A stretch of DNA of 52,473 bases, from positions 1-52,473 of IMG/VR virus record IMGVR_UViG_2541047750_000003; one strand, 5' to 3'. Of the stretch, positions 35,479 to 43,892 are shown piece after piece. Both the position numbers and the translations under genes were made by a program. The notes below the pieces were generated by a model, which was given only the letters and a program-made list of their open reading frames with translations, was not told where the DNA came from and did not search any database. The stretch comes from a virus (Duplodnaviria > Heunggongvirae > Uroviricota > Caudoviricetes). The stretch's first letter is position 1. Each line of letters starts with the position of its first letter.

Positions 35479-35943
35479 ATGCCTATCAAGGGGGTTAAAC
35501 GCGTCCGTGAGAGATTAAAGCAGGAACTAAAGGAAATCACCGATAAAAAGACGCACGAAGTTTTATGGCGCGTCGGTATGCTGGCTGGTGGCTTCGCGGC
35601 TAATATGACGCCAGTCGATACGGGCTTCTTAATTAACAGTCAGTTCCAGTACATAGGGAACACGGCGGACGGTATGCAATTACGCCTGGGATATACGGCC
35701 CGCTACGCTGAATGGGTGCACAATATGCCGGGTACATTAAAAGGCCAGCCGCGCGAAGATTTCGGCAAAACGAATAACCTTTCAGATTTCGGACCGAAAC
35801 AGGTAATTAGTTTTGGTGGTGGTACTGGAAAGGGTAATTATTGGGATCCAAATGCGGAGCCTGGATTCTTGCGTAAGGCATTCGAAGATCCTAACCACGC
35901 CGATGATATTTATAAAGAAATTGTAGAAGGTTACAAAGTATGA
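35479..35943 (+). CDS. head completion / neck protein (positional, 154 aa)
   Basis: ORF in structural operon. Confidence 0.4.
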   Translation: MPIKGVKRVRERLKQELKEITDKKTHEVLWRVGMLAGGFAANMTPVDTGFLINSQFQYIGNTADGMQLRLGYTARYAEWVHNMPGTLKGQPREDFGKTNNLSDFGPKQVISFGGGTGKGNYWDPNAEPGFLRKAFEDPNHADDIYKEIVEGYKV

Positions 35944-36326
35944 AACGCAGCGAAGTTTACGACGAAATAAGGGATTGGATTCAATCCCACGGATACGATG
36001 AAGGCTATATTTTGCAGGCCCGTTTCTGGAATGAGCGAAGTAATTCGAATAATGACAGATACATCGTGATCCAGCAAAACGGCGGCGCGGCTGGTGAGGA
36101 AGCAATAACCCGTGATTATTTCCGCATCCTGGTTATTTCAGCGCGTAATGATGCAAATATCAGTGAGGTGGAAGACCTTGCCGATGCCATCCGTCAAAGT
36201 ATGTTAACAGAATATAAAACTGATAAAATTACACACATGAAGCCAGTTGGCGCTATTCCTGCAATACAGACAAGAGAAGGGCGCTTTATTTTTACCGTAG
36301 CCTTTCAAACCATCATATCAAGATAA
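35940..36326 (+). CDS. tail completion protein (positional, 128 aa)
   Basis: ORF in structural operon. Confidence 0.4.
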   Translation: MKRSEVYDEIRDWIQSHGYDEGYILQARFWNERSNSNNDRYIVIQQNGGAAGEEAITRDYFRILVISARNDANISEVEDLADAIRQSMLTEYKTDKITHMKPVGAIPAIQTREGRFIFTVAFQTIISR

Positions 36327-36339
36327 GAGGTAAATTAAC

Positions 36340-36816
36340 ATGTCTCAGACTTGCGAAAAAGGCACGTTTACAGGCCGTGACGTTGCTGTATTCTTCGCTA
36401 TCGCTTGTCCAAATGCGAAGCCGGAAGCTGGAGCGTACAAAGCGTTAGGCATGATGCGTGGTAAAACACTTTCCGTTGAATGGGAAACCGCTGACGCCAC
36501 CGCCGATAAATCAGCCGATTACACGAAAGAATCAATGGTTACTTACAAATCCGTTTCTTTCTCCGGCGACGGTGTGTCCCGCACTGAAGAAATCCATAAT
36601 CAGAAAGCGCTGAAACGCCACGTAATTACGCCAGGTGAAACCACCGGATCACAACCTTATGTATGGCTGAAGATCGTTTCTCCTGTAGACGTAACTGAAG
36701 GCCCATTCCTTTGCACTTCCTTTAAAGAAGAAGATCCGCATGATGATGTTTCCACCTGGTCTATTGAGTGCGAAAGCGCTGGCAAGGTAACGGTAGGCGA
36801 CGTTCCGCCAGCATAA
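36340..36816 (+). CDS. major tail (tube) protein
   Basis: 158 aa; strong RBS, followed by terminator, upstream of chaperone and tape measure genes. Confidence 0.55.
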   Translation: MSQTCEKGTFTGRDVAVFFAIACPNAKPEAGAYKALGMMRGKTLSVEWETADATADKSADYTKESMVTYKSVSFSGDGVSRTEEIHNQKALKRHVITPGETTGSQPYVWLKIVSPVDVTEGPFLCTSFKEEDPHDDVSTWSIECESAGKVTVGDVPPA

Positions 36817-36834
36817 CAGCCAATATTAACAATC

Positions 36835-36859
36835 GGGGCCATTTGGCCCCTTTTCTTTT
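36835..36859 (+). terminator. intrinsic terminator after major tail gene
   Basis: ggggcc-attt-ggcccc followed by TTTTCTTTT. Confidence 0.65.
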
Positions 36860-36871
36860 AAGGTGAATACT

Positions 36872-37552
36872 ATGATCCATGTTCGTACAGGACAATTTGC
36901 TGCTGTGGTGAACGGTAAGCGCTATGAGTTTAATCCTTGCTTTGCTGCGATGGCTAAAATCGGCAACGATAGTGAGCTTGTCGAATATTTCGCACTTATC
37001 CACGGCAGCAAATACCCTTCACGATTACCTACAGATCCAGACCTCCGCAATCGCATTATGGCACGGTGTTATGGTGAGATAGTGCAAACGTCAATGCGCA
37101 TCCTGAAATGTTGCTCAGACGACGAAACAGGCCCGTTATTGGGCAAATGTAGGTTTACTCCTTCTGGTAAATTGAGACTAAAACCCGGACTGATGCCTAC
37201 AAGTGATGTTATCACGCTGGCGCAACATTGCATGTACCACGGTTTAATTGGTGACGGGCCGGAAGAAGACACGGGCGCGATCCAGGAAGGCGAGTACAAG
37301 CCGACATTTGACGTACTTGAGTTTGTTTATTCTGCCGTTGCTCACCTGGGATTGTCAGAATCAGAAGCATGGAATATGACAATGACCGGATACAGGGCCG
37401 CAGTGCGCGCTAAAACGCCGCCAGACGAAAGAAACAAACAAAAACGACCAAATGTATTGCTTGATAAAAAGGCTTATGACGATGGAATGAGGGAGGCTAT
37501 GGAGATATTAAAAAGAATGGAAAATAGCGAGCAAGAAAAAGCCCGGGATTAG
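36872..37552 (+). CDS. tail assembly chaperone-like protein (226 aa)
   Basis: Position between major tail and tape measure genes; start refined to ATG (track ORF begins at GTG 36863). Confidence 0.4.
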   Translation: MIHVRTGQFAAVVNGKRYEFNPCFAAMAKIGNDSELVEYFALIHGSKYPSRLPTDPDLRNRIMARCYGEIVQTSMRILKCCSDDETGPLLGKCRFTPSGKLRLKPGLMPTSDVITLAQHCMYHGLIGDGPEEDTGAIQEGEYKPTFDVLEFVYSAVAHLGLSESEAWNMTMTGYRAAVRAKTPPDERNKQKRPNVLLDKKAYDDGMREAMEILKRMENSEQEKARD

Positions 37553-37568
37553 CCGGGCCTTTTTTTTA
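37541..37568. terminator. bidirectional terminator between convergent genes
   Basis: gcccgg-gattag-ccgggc flanked by A-run and T-run. Confidence 0.6.
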
Positions 37569-38063
37569 ATAACCTATATAATATTCGTGGTGTTTATCTA
37601 TTACTTTTTTATACATGTTAGCGCCTTCTTTGATGCACATGTTTTTGAAGTCAATTCTTACCCTATCTAATGCCATCCCGTCGGCAGCGGCATAAGCGTT
37701 ATTGTCGTGATCCTTTATCGCCCGTTCGGCAGCCATGATGGCAAGTCCGGCGACAAAGTTTTTAAATTCATTGTCATTTTCTTTGTTTTCAATAACAGCC
37801 ATCATGTGAGCGAAACTTTCACTGTGCGCTTTTATCATTTTAGCGTCACTCTTTTTGGTCCTGCTATCTTTATTTAAGATGAAATACTCCCAGTTAACGC
37901 CGTGCCTACCAATTGAAAAAAAGTTTACATTTGCCATTGTATATGCTTTTTCGTAGGCTGGATAAATAGCGTCGCACATCTTGCTGACTTCATTACTTGC
38001 ATTTGCATTGACCGCGAATATTGCCATGACCGCAGCTACCGCGACTTTTACTAACCGTTTCAT
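37566..38063 (-). CDS. secreted moron protein (165 aa)
   Basis: Signal peptide MKRLVKVAVAAVMAIFAVNANA; opposite strand to tail genes; GAGG RBS. Confidence 0.55.
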   Translation of the reverse strand: MKRLVKVAVAAVMAIFAVNANASNEVSKMCDAIYPAYEKAYTMANVNFFSIGRHGVNWEYFILNKDSRTKKSDAKMIKAHSESFAHMMAVIENKENDNEFKNFVAGLAIMAAERAIKDHDNNAYAAADGMALDRVRIDFKNMCIKEGANMYKKVIDKHHEYYIGY

Positions 38064-38075
38064 AACCCGCCTCGA

Positions 38076-38165
38076 TTAATTTTTGTTTTTAAGTGCTTTT
38101 AACATTTCTTCTATGAAGTCCGCATAGCGTTCATGTTCGTTGGGACGATAGTTTACGTTTTTCAT
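38076..38165 (-). CDS. small protein (29 aa) upstream of the secreted moron
   Basis: MKNVNYRPNEHERYADFIEEMLKALKNKN; stop 12 nt before downstream start. Confidence 0.25.
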   Translation of the reverse strand: MKNVNYRPNEHERYADFIEEMLKALKNKN

Positions 38166-38244
38166 TTTCTTATCCTCTTTTGCTTCCTCCGGTTTATCCG
38201 GTCCTTTCAAACCCCTTTACTCTATCCCTTTCCTTTAGTCTCTT

Positions 38245-38307
38245 TATACAAAATGGAGTCGTTGTAGCAAAGACATTTTGTATAAAATAGATACACAGAT
38301 CACAAAA
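38245..38307. promoter_or_regulatory. divergent regulatory region with inverted TATACAAAATG/CATTTTGTATA and the 14-mer CACAGATCACAAAA
   Basis: 11-bp inverted repeat arms at 38245-38255 and 38274-38284; 14-mer at 38294-38307 identical to 50344-50357. Confidence 0.5.
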
Positions 38308-38321
38308 GTGGAGTAACAATC

Positions 38322-40535
38322 ATGACAATAAATGTAGGCACGATTGAGTATACCGTTGACGCAAAAACCGAGCGGTTACTCGTAGCTCAACGCAAGGCGG
38401 AAGACTCGTTTGATAAAATCGAGCAAAGCGCTAAACGTACCGATAAATCAGTGCAGTCACTTAACACCACGATAAGTAATTTATCCAAAGCTGTGAACAT
38501 TGGAATGATGCTCATGGCTGCAAAAAAATTCCTGGAGATCGCAGATAACGTGAATCTGCTACGCGCCAGGGTGACGCGGCTATCAAGCGGCATTGCTGAC
38601 GCAAAATCGAATTTTGACGGGATTATTCAGATATCGAATCGCACAGGGATGAGTGTTCAAAGCACCGGGAAGCTGTGGGAAAGCCTAAAGGCCAGCCTGC
38701 AGGATACCAGCGCGACCAGTCAGCAGGTATTGCAGCTTACCGACTCACTCCAAAAAATAGGGCGTATCGGTGGAAGCTCTTCGGATGAAATGTCAAACGC
38801 GTTGCGCCAGTTAGGGCAGTCACTGACTGGCGGCATTGTTCGCGCGGAAGAATACAACTCTGTACTTGAAAATATGCCAGAAGTATGGCGACGCGTCGCT
38901 AAACAAATGGGGATCTCGATGGGTGAACTTCGCGCAAGAATGCTTGATGGTAAGCTCACCGCCGAGGATGTTACTAATTCAATTCTTGCTGGCGCAGAAG
39001 ACATAGAGAAGGATTTCGCAAAGCTGCCAACAACAACAGATCAGGCATTTAACGAGCTAAAAAACAACTTCGATCTGTTAATTGACACGCTAAACCAAAC
39101 GCTTGGAGTGTCTGATTTGGTGGTTACTGGTATACAGGCTGTTTCTAGTGAAGTTCAGATGTTATCCGGTTGGTTTAAGTCCCTGGCGAGCGATAGCACG
39201 TCATTAACTGATAAATTGTGGCTATTGGCTGGGGCGTTTGAGGGTATAGTGCCTGGGCTTAGTTTGTTTCGCGCTCAAGCGAAACAGGTTGGATGGTTTG
39301 ATGGCGGAGAACAGCCATTTGTTTCCACTCTCCCCACGGGGCAAGCTGGTGTAAGTCGCATAACATTTAAGCCTCAACCTGGTGGCAAGGGTAAGAAAGG
39401 CAAAGGTAAAAAATCCGGCAAATCAGAAGCCGAGCGCCTTGCGGAACAGGGTGTGCGCATTTCAGATGCATACAACGAAGATTCAGCAGCAATGCGCAAA
39501 GCGCTTGAATCACAAAAAGCCATAGATGCAGCCTTTAAAGCCGGGAAAATAACCATGCTTGAATACAAAGGTGCAATGAAGGGAATTGGTGATGAATTGC
39601 GCGAAACTCTGGCAGAAATTAACGACCCGATCAATAGGCTGCAAGAAAAATGGGACAAAATGATTCCATCACTGGATCAGAAGCGCGGCGAGCTGGACCC
39701 AATACAGCAGGCGCAAAATGAATGGACCATACGCAAGCAAATGCTGGAAGATCTTGGCGCTACCGAGCAATACATGAAGGAGCAAGAAAGAGCGCACGCA
39801 CAAGAAATGCTCTCCCTTGAATGGGAGCGATATAAAGCACAGTCAATGAGCTACAAACTATTGGGCGATACCGTTGATGCAATGGGAGGATCTGCAACAA
39901 ATGCGCTTGTGGGCCTGGTTAACGGCACTCAAAGTTGGCAGCAGGCGCTGGCTAACATTGGCAATACAATCCTTTCCTCCGTTATCGGTACACTTGTTCA
40001 AATGGGGGCTGAATGGGTTAAACAGCAATTGATCGGTGAGGCCGCCAGCGCAGCCGCAACAGCTAAAGCATTGGCAGAGGCTACCGCTTTGGGATCTGCG
40101 TGGGCCACTCCTGCATACCTGGCAAACGTTGCCACGATGGGCGGAGCGGCGACCGTGGGGGGAACGAGTCTTGCCACTGGTGTGGCTGGGGCTAAGGCGC
40201 TTGGCCTGGCTGGCGCTCGTTATAACGGCGGTGCGGTGGCTGCGGGCAGCCTCTATAAGGTCGGCGAACACGGTAAACCGGAGATCTTTCAGGCGAGCAA
40301 TGGGAGTCAGTACATGATTCCGGGTGACAACGGCAGGGTAATACCAAATCGCGACATTGGCGGTGCTGGTGGTGGTAGCGTTAGTATAAACGCGCCGATT
40401 AGTGTTTACCCCCAAAATGGATGGAGCGATGAGGATGCCAAAAAGCTACAACAGGACATGGAAAGGATCTGCATGGGCCTGATGCACCGCGAATCATCCA
40501 GACCAGGCGGAATGTTGCAACCTCGCAGGAAATAA
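38322..40535 (+). CDS. tail tape measure protein
   Basis: 737 aa; helical/coiled-coil N-terminal two-thirds, Gly/Ala-rich region (GGAATVGG...), position upstream of M-L-K-I-J-like genes. Confidence 0.75.
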   Translation: MTINVGTIEYTVDAKTERLLVAQRKAEDSFDKIEQSAKRTDKSVQSLNTTISNLSKAVNIGMMLMAAKKFLEIADNVNLLRARVTRLSSGIADAKSNFDGIIQISNRTGMSVQSTGKLWESLKASLQDTSATSQQVLQLTDSLQKIGRIGGSSSDEMSNALRQLGQSLTGGIVRAEEYNSVLENMPEVWRRVAKQMGISMGELRARMLDGKLTAEDVTNSILAGAEDIEKDFAKLPTTTDQAFNELKNNFDLLIDTLNQTLGVSDLVVTGIQAVSSEVQMLSGWFKSLASDSTSLTDKLWLLAGAFEGIVPGLSLFRAQAKQVGWFDGGEQPFVSTLPTGQAGVSRITFKPQPGGKGKKGKGKKSGKSEAERLAEQGVRISDAYNEDSAAMRKALESQKAIDAAFKAGKITMLEYKGAMKGIGDELRETLAEINDPINRLQEKWDKMIPSLDQKRGELDPIQQAQNEWTIRKQMLEDLGATEQYMKEQERAHAQEMLSLEWERYKAQSMSYKLLGDTVDAMGGSATNALVGLVNGTQSWQQALANIGNTILSSVIGTLVQMGAEWVKQQLIGEAASAAATAKALAEATALGSAWATPAYLANVATMGGAATVGGTSLATGVAGAKALGLAGARYNGGAVAAGSLYKVGEHGKPEIFQASNGSQYMIPGDNGRVIPNRDIGGAGGGSVSINAPISVYPQNGWSDEDAKKLQQDMERICMGLMHRESSRPGGMLQPRRK

Positions 40536-40676
40536 ACAAAACCCCGGCACAATGCCGGGGCTATTTTCGTATTTATAAACGACCATTTCGCGCGATACAC
40601 ACTCATCCGAAATTACCTGCCAAATATTCCAGATCTCCCGCAAGGTGAATTTATCGTCCTCCATATCCAGCCTCAC
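40494..40676 (-). CDS. questionable small ORF (60 aa)
   Basis: Track ORF overlapping the terminator and the 3-prime end of the tape measure gene; could be the third gene of the minus-strand cassette. Confidence 0.2.
   Translation of the reverse strand: MRLDMEDDKFTLREIWNIWQVISDECVSREMVVYKYENSPGIVPGFCLFPARLQHSAWSG
40542..40574. terminator. intrinsic terminator after tape measure gene
   Basis: ccccggc-acaat-gccgggg followed by T-rich tract. Confidence 0.6.
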
Positions 40677-40927
40677 TTATGCGCACCCTTCACCCCGCAT
40701 AACTTGTTGTAAGCGTGGTGCTCAACAATTAACCACACCTTCAAATCTTCACTGAACAGCCTCCAGTCGAGATTGATATCCATTTTGTAGCCATACCCAT
40801 CGCGTAACTTTTTGGGGCGCACCTCTTTATTTAAAAATGCTTTAAGCAGTTCCTTACCTTTCTTGATAATCCGGTCCTGTGCGTTTTTCTGTACTTTCAG
40901 GTTTTTGTCAATCGCCACCAGTTTCAT
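40673..40927 (-). CDS. RelE/ParE/YoeB-fold toxin-like protein (84 aa)
   Basis: Basic small protein; C-terminal YKMDINLDWRLFSEDLKVWLIVEHHAY resembles the toxin core strands; assignment tentative. Confidence 0.35.
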   Translation of the reverse strand: MKLVAIDKNLKVQKNAQDRIIKKGKELLKAFLNKEVRPKKLRDGYGYKMDINLDWRLFSEDLKVWLIVEHHAYNKLCGVKGAHK

Positions 40928-40944
40928 ATCTCACCCCATCATCC

Positions 40945-41100
40945 TTAGTTAAGTGCCTTCAGGAAGAAATCCCGGTATTCATCTTCCTTCGCATTCATCA
41001 TGAATTGACCGTATTTGAATGCGTCATCGAAACCCTTAACGATTGCTATTTCCACTTGTTCGAATGCGTTGTTCAGCATTACAACCACATAGCGTTTCAT
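40945..41100 (-). CDS. small protein (51 aa), possible partner of the toxin-like gene
   Basis: MKRYVVVMLNNAFEQVEIAIVKGFDDAFKYGQFMMNAKEDEYRDFFLKALN; GGAGG RBS; ends 17 nt before downstream start. Confidence 0.4.
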   Translation of the reverse strand: MKRYVVVMLNNAFEQVEIAIVKGFDDAFKYGQFMMNAKEDEYRDFFLKALN

Positions 41101-41213
41101 TTTGGGCCTCCTTCGTTGGTACTGCTTTTCTTCTTGCTTTCTATATACACCTTGTTACACCATGCATGAAGCCATATTGTAAACTAGCTATAATTATTGT
41201 GACTAATATCTCG

Positions 41214-41237
41214 TTTTTCGCGTAGAAGCGCGTAAAG
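41214..41237 (+). promoter_or_regulatory. conserved element TTTTTCGCGTAGAAGCGCGTAAAG (copy 2)
   Basis: 22 of 24 nt identical to 29393-29416; 32 nt upstream of M-like gene. Confidence 0.45.
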
Positions 41238-41268
41238 ATATATACAATATGTAACTTATGGAGGGCTT

Positions 41269-41622
41269 ATGCCGGAAGTATTCAGGTGGACGCCGCAAAG
41301 AAGCTACAGCGTGACCAGGGAGCCGGACATATCCGTTGTTAAGCTGGGCGATGGTTATGAGCAAAGACAGGTAAAAGGCATCAATCCATTGCTTGATAGT
41401 TACACCCTGGTTTTTAAAGGCAGTAGTGCGGGATGCGGTGATGATGGGAATGTAGCGATCCAGGCTGAAGCATTTTTGAGGGCGCGCGGCGCTGTCGAGG
41501 CTTTCTACTGGACGCCGTCGATGGATGGAGTGCAAAGGCTTTTCGTTTGCCGTAGCTGGAGTATGACCAAAGACGGGCCTATGTACACGCTAAACGCAAC
41601 GTTTGAACAAGTTGTTGGCTAA
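41269..41622 (+). CDS. minor tail protein M-like
   Basis: 117 aa; FRWTPQ...GDGYEQRQ...FEQVVG matches recalled lambda M (FRWKVKP...GDGYSQR...FEQVVN). Confidence 0.75.
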   Translation: MPEVFRWTPQRSYSVTREPDISVVKLGDGYEQRQVKGINPLLDSYTLVFKGSSAGCGDDGNVAIQAEAFLRARGAVEAFYWTPSMDGVQRLFVCRSWSMTKDGPMYTLNATFEQVVG

Positions 41623-41633
41623 TGGAGGTTGTT

Positions 41634-41819
41634 ATGTACGGCACTTGTATAGTTGATGAGGCTGACGCTTTTACATTGTATGACGACTATGAGATCAACG
41701 ACCTTGCTGTAAAGGCTGACAACGGCGATATATGGTATCTTCACGACGTTGGTGATGGGTACGTGGGGTGTAGATCCTGGGAAGGGAAGGAGGTTTTATT
41801 TTTGGTTGATGGCGTATAA
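41634..41819 (+). CDS. hypothetical protein (61 aa)
   Basis: Start refined to ATG after GGAGGT; extra gene between M-like and L-like. Confidence 0.35.
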   Translation: MYGTCIVDEADAFTLYDDYEINDLAVKADNGDIWYLHDVGDGYVGCRSWEGKEVLFLVDGV

Positions 41820-41825
41820 ACACGA

Positions 41826-41852
41826 CCCCGCGCGAAGCGGGGTTATTATTAT
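41826..41852. terminator. terminator hairpin at convergent junction
   Basis: ccccgc-gcgaa-gcgggg followed by TTATTATTATT. Confidence 0.5.
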
Positions 41853-41965
41853 TCCATTTCCATTAATGCTATATTTTCCGCTATCGTTTTCCAGTCCAGA
41901 TCTACAGCATGAACACCAAATACTATCAATCCCATTGCGATTAGTGCTAAAACTTCGATTTTCAT
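41849..41965 (-). CDS. small hydrophobic-N-terminus protein (38 aa), last gene of minus-strand island
   Basis: MKIEVLALIAMGLIVFGVHAVDLDWKTIAENIALMEME; GTGAGG RBS. Confidence 0.35.
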   Translation of the reverse strand: MKIEVLALIAMGLIVFGVHAVDLDWKTIAENIALMEME

Positions 41966-42056
41966 AATCAACCTCACTTAATTAAGAAAGGCATAAACGA
42001 TGGCAATCGCGCCAGCCACTACCAAAACATTTCGATCACTTCGTCTACTTTATTGA

Positions 42057-42260
42057 TTAAGGTAACTCCACTTCGTTAAATGTAACAAGCACCCCTTGAT
42101 TTTCTTTATTTATAATTATGAAGGCATTAATTGAAGGCAGACATCTTTCCACGTGGTAAACGTCACCAATATCTAAACTGTAATATTCTGTTAATTCTCT
42201 ATTGTTCCCTTTAGCAAAACCCGTAAACCTAACCTTTTTTTGACCGTCGTACTTTAACAT
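42057..42260 (-). CDS. hypothetical moron protein (67 aa)
   Basis: Track ORF in minus-strand island. Confidence 0.4.
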   Translation of the reverse strand: MLKYDGQKKVRFTGFAKGNNRELTEYYSLDIGDVYHVERCLPSINAFIIINKENQGVLVTFNEVELP

Positions 42261-42268
42261 ATACAGTC

Positions 42269-42517
42269 CTATAGGTTATCACGCAGATAATTAACGCCTT
42301 TGTCAGTGACGAATGAGTGATTAACCTGGTTTTCATCCGTCATGATGATGAATAACTTTTCCTGTAGGTATTTCGCTTTAGGGTACAGCGTTAAGCAGAC
42401 CTGGTACAGTATCCCGCGCTCAATCAGCAAATCAATAAATTCGTGTTCATGATAACCGATAAGGCGGGCGGCCTGTTTCAACGTGTACACATAATCCCCG
42501 TGATTACGCCGCGCCAT
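42269..42517 (-). CDS. hypothetical moron protein, possible HTH (82 aa)
   Basis: AAGGTGGA RBS; YTLKQAARLIGYHEHEFIDLLIERGIL is HTH-like. Confidence 0.45.
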   Translation of the reverse strand: MARRNHGDYVYTLKQAARLIGYHEHEFIDLLIERGILYQVCLTLYPKAKYLQEKLFIIMTDENQVNHSFVTDKGVNYLRDNL

Positions 42518-42526
42518 ACTTCCACC

Positions 42527-42877
42527 TTATTTATCGAAAGCAGATAGATTGTCTATACAGAAATCTTTTGCCGCTTTTTCGTATTCGTGTTTTGCTTCTG
42601 GATCGTCTGCCGGGAAACCTTTTGCGTGTATTTCACCAGGGCAAGACTGATCCATAGAATCAGCAAATTCAACATTGACGTTAAAGTTAATATCTTTCGG
42701 GTTCATCTCTTCCACCTTATCCGGTACATGGACCGGAGTAATATCAAAATCACGAGCGTTAGACCAACAGCGAAGTAATTCACAACCTTCATCACGCGCC
42801 GCAGCATATGTGTCAAATAGGCCCATGCGCTCCCATTCGCATTTATCAGTCCACACTTCTAAACTGTATTTTTGCAT
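42527..42877 (-). CDS. hypothetical moron protein (116 aa)
   Basis: GGGAGG RBS; acidic, Cys-containing. Confidence 0.45.
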   Translation of the reverse strand: MQKYSLEVWTDKCEWERMGLFDTYAAARDEGCELLRCWSNARDFDITPVHVPDKVEEMNPKDINFNVNVEFADSMDQSCPGEIHAKGFPADDPEAKHEYEKAAKDFCIDNLSAFDK

Positions 42878-43056
42878 TTTTTGTTAACCTCCCATTTGTC
42901 CCATTTGACAGGTTCGATCCGGTATCCCAAAAGGCGGTCATCCTCAGCAAGTAAAAGCGCGTCAACCAATGCTTCCCCCTCGTCGTCATACAGGGCGATA
43001 ACCTTTTCCCTACCGTCTGTCATGAATACCGTCAACTTCCATAGCTTTTCAGTCAT
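42859..43056 (-). CDS. hypothetical moron protein (65 aa)
   Basis: Start refined to MTEKLWKL after GGAGGTG RBS (track ORF 42859..43176). Confidence 0.4.
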   Translation of the reverse strand: MTEKLWKLTVFMTDGREKVIALYDDEGEALVDALLLAEDDRLLGYRIEPVKWDKWEVNKKCKNTV

Positions 43057-43132
43057 AACGCACCTCCGCGCCATTTTGTTAACTATGCTTCCGTTTGAGT
43101 AAAATATACATATTGTAAAAACCGCGATCAAT

Positions 43133-43167
43133 CCATTTTGGTATGATTTAGCGTGACGCAGATCACA
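43133..43167. promoter_or_regulatory. divergent regulatory region with CCATTTTGGTA and CAGATCACA elements
   Basis: Partial copies of the motifs seen at 38274-38307 and 50317-50357, ~20 nt upstream of the L-like ATG. Confidence 0.4.
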
Positions 43168-43185
43168 GAATGACAAGGTGAGAAA

Positions 43186-43890
43186 ATGCGCAATATTCCG
43201 AGAGAAATGATTATTGATTCCGTCGATGCCGGAGTCGGCGCGGTAATTGACTTGTTTGAATTAGACCTCACGCCCCTGGGTGGCGAGGTTATCCGCTTCC
43301 ATTCCGGCGTGAATGGCTATTACGGCCCGGTTATCTGGAAGGGGGTGGCTTACAACAGCTACCCTATCGAGGCCACAGGCTTCGAAATGAAAAACGAGGG
43401 TGTCTATTCACGCCCGCAAATGGTTGTAGCAAACATTGGCGGCCTAATCACCGGGATGAATAACGATTTCAACGACCTGCGAGGAATGAAAGTTACACGC
43501 CGCCAGGTGGAAGTAAAATACCTGGACGCCATCAACTTCCCCAACGGCAACCCGGATGCAGATCCGTCTATCGAGGCGGTGTCTTTTTACGTCGTTGAGG
43601 CGATGAGCGAAGAAACAGCCGACCAGGTGCAATATGAGCTGTCAACGCCAATTGATGCTGACAAGGCGGTTATCCCAGGGCGCACAATCCTTGCTGACGT
43701 TTGCCAATGGCAATATCGCGGCGACAGTTGCGGATACAGTGGCGGCCCTGTAGCTACTGATAAAGACGAATCGACCAGCGATCCAAAGCTGGATAAATGC
43801 AGCCACCGCCTGAGCGGTTGCCGTTTACGTTTCCCGCGCCCGAATCCGTTACCAATTTCATGTTTCCCAGGATCGAGCAAGGTGGGTTGA
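43186..43890 (+). CDS. minor tail protein L-like
   Basis: 234 aa; QWQYRGDSCGYSG and DKCSHRLSGCRLRF match recalled lambda L (TWTYRGDECGYSG, DKCSKCLSGCKFRN). Confidence 0.8.
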   Translation: MRNIPREMIIDSVDAGVGAVIDLFELDLTPLGGEVIRFHSGVNGYYGPVIWKGVAYNSYPIEATGFEMKNEGVYSRPQMVVANIGGLITGMNNDFNDLRGMKVTRRQVEVKYLDAINFPNGNPDADPSIEAVSFYVVEAMSEETADQVQYELSTPIDADKAVIPGRTILADVCQWQYRGDSCGYSGGPVATDKDESTSDPKLDKCSHRLSGCRLRFPRPNPLPISCFPGSSKVG

Positions 43891-43892
43891 TT

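Noticed and set aside
36872-37552. Programmed -1 frameshift (G/G-T type) in the tail chaperone gene
   Set aside because: Only one continuous 226-aa frame is present before the terminator; no overlapping downstream frame or obvious slippery heptamer found by eye
39858-40415. 185-aa minus-strand ORF inside the tape measure gene
   Set aside because: Antisense to the Gly/Ala-rich part of a strongly supported structural gene
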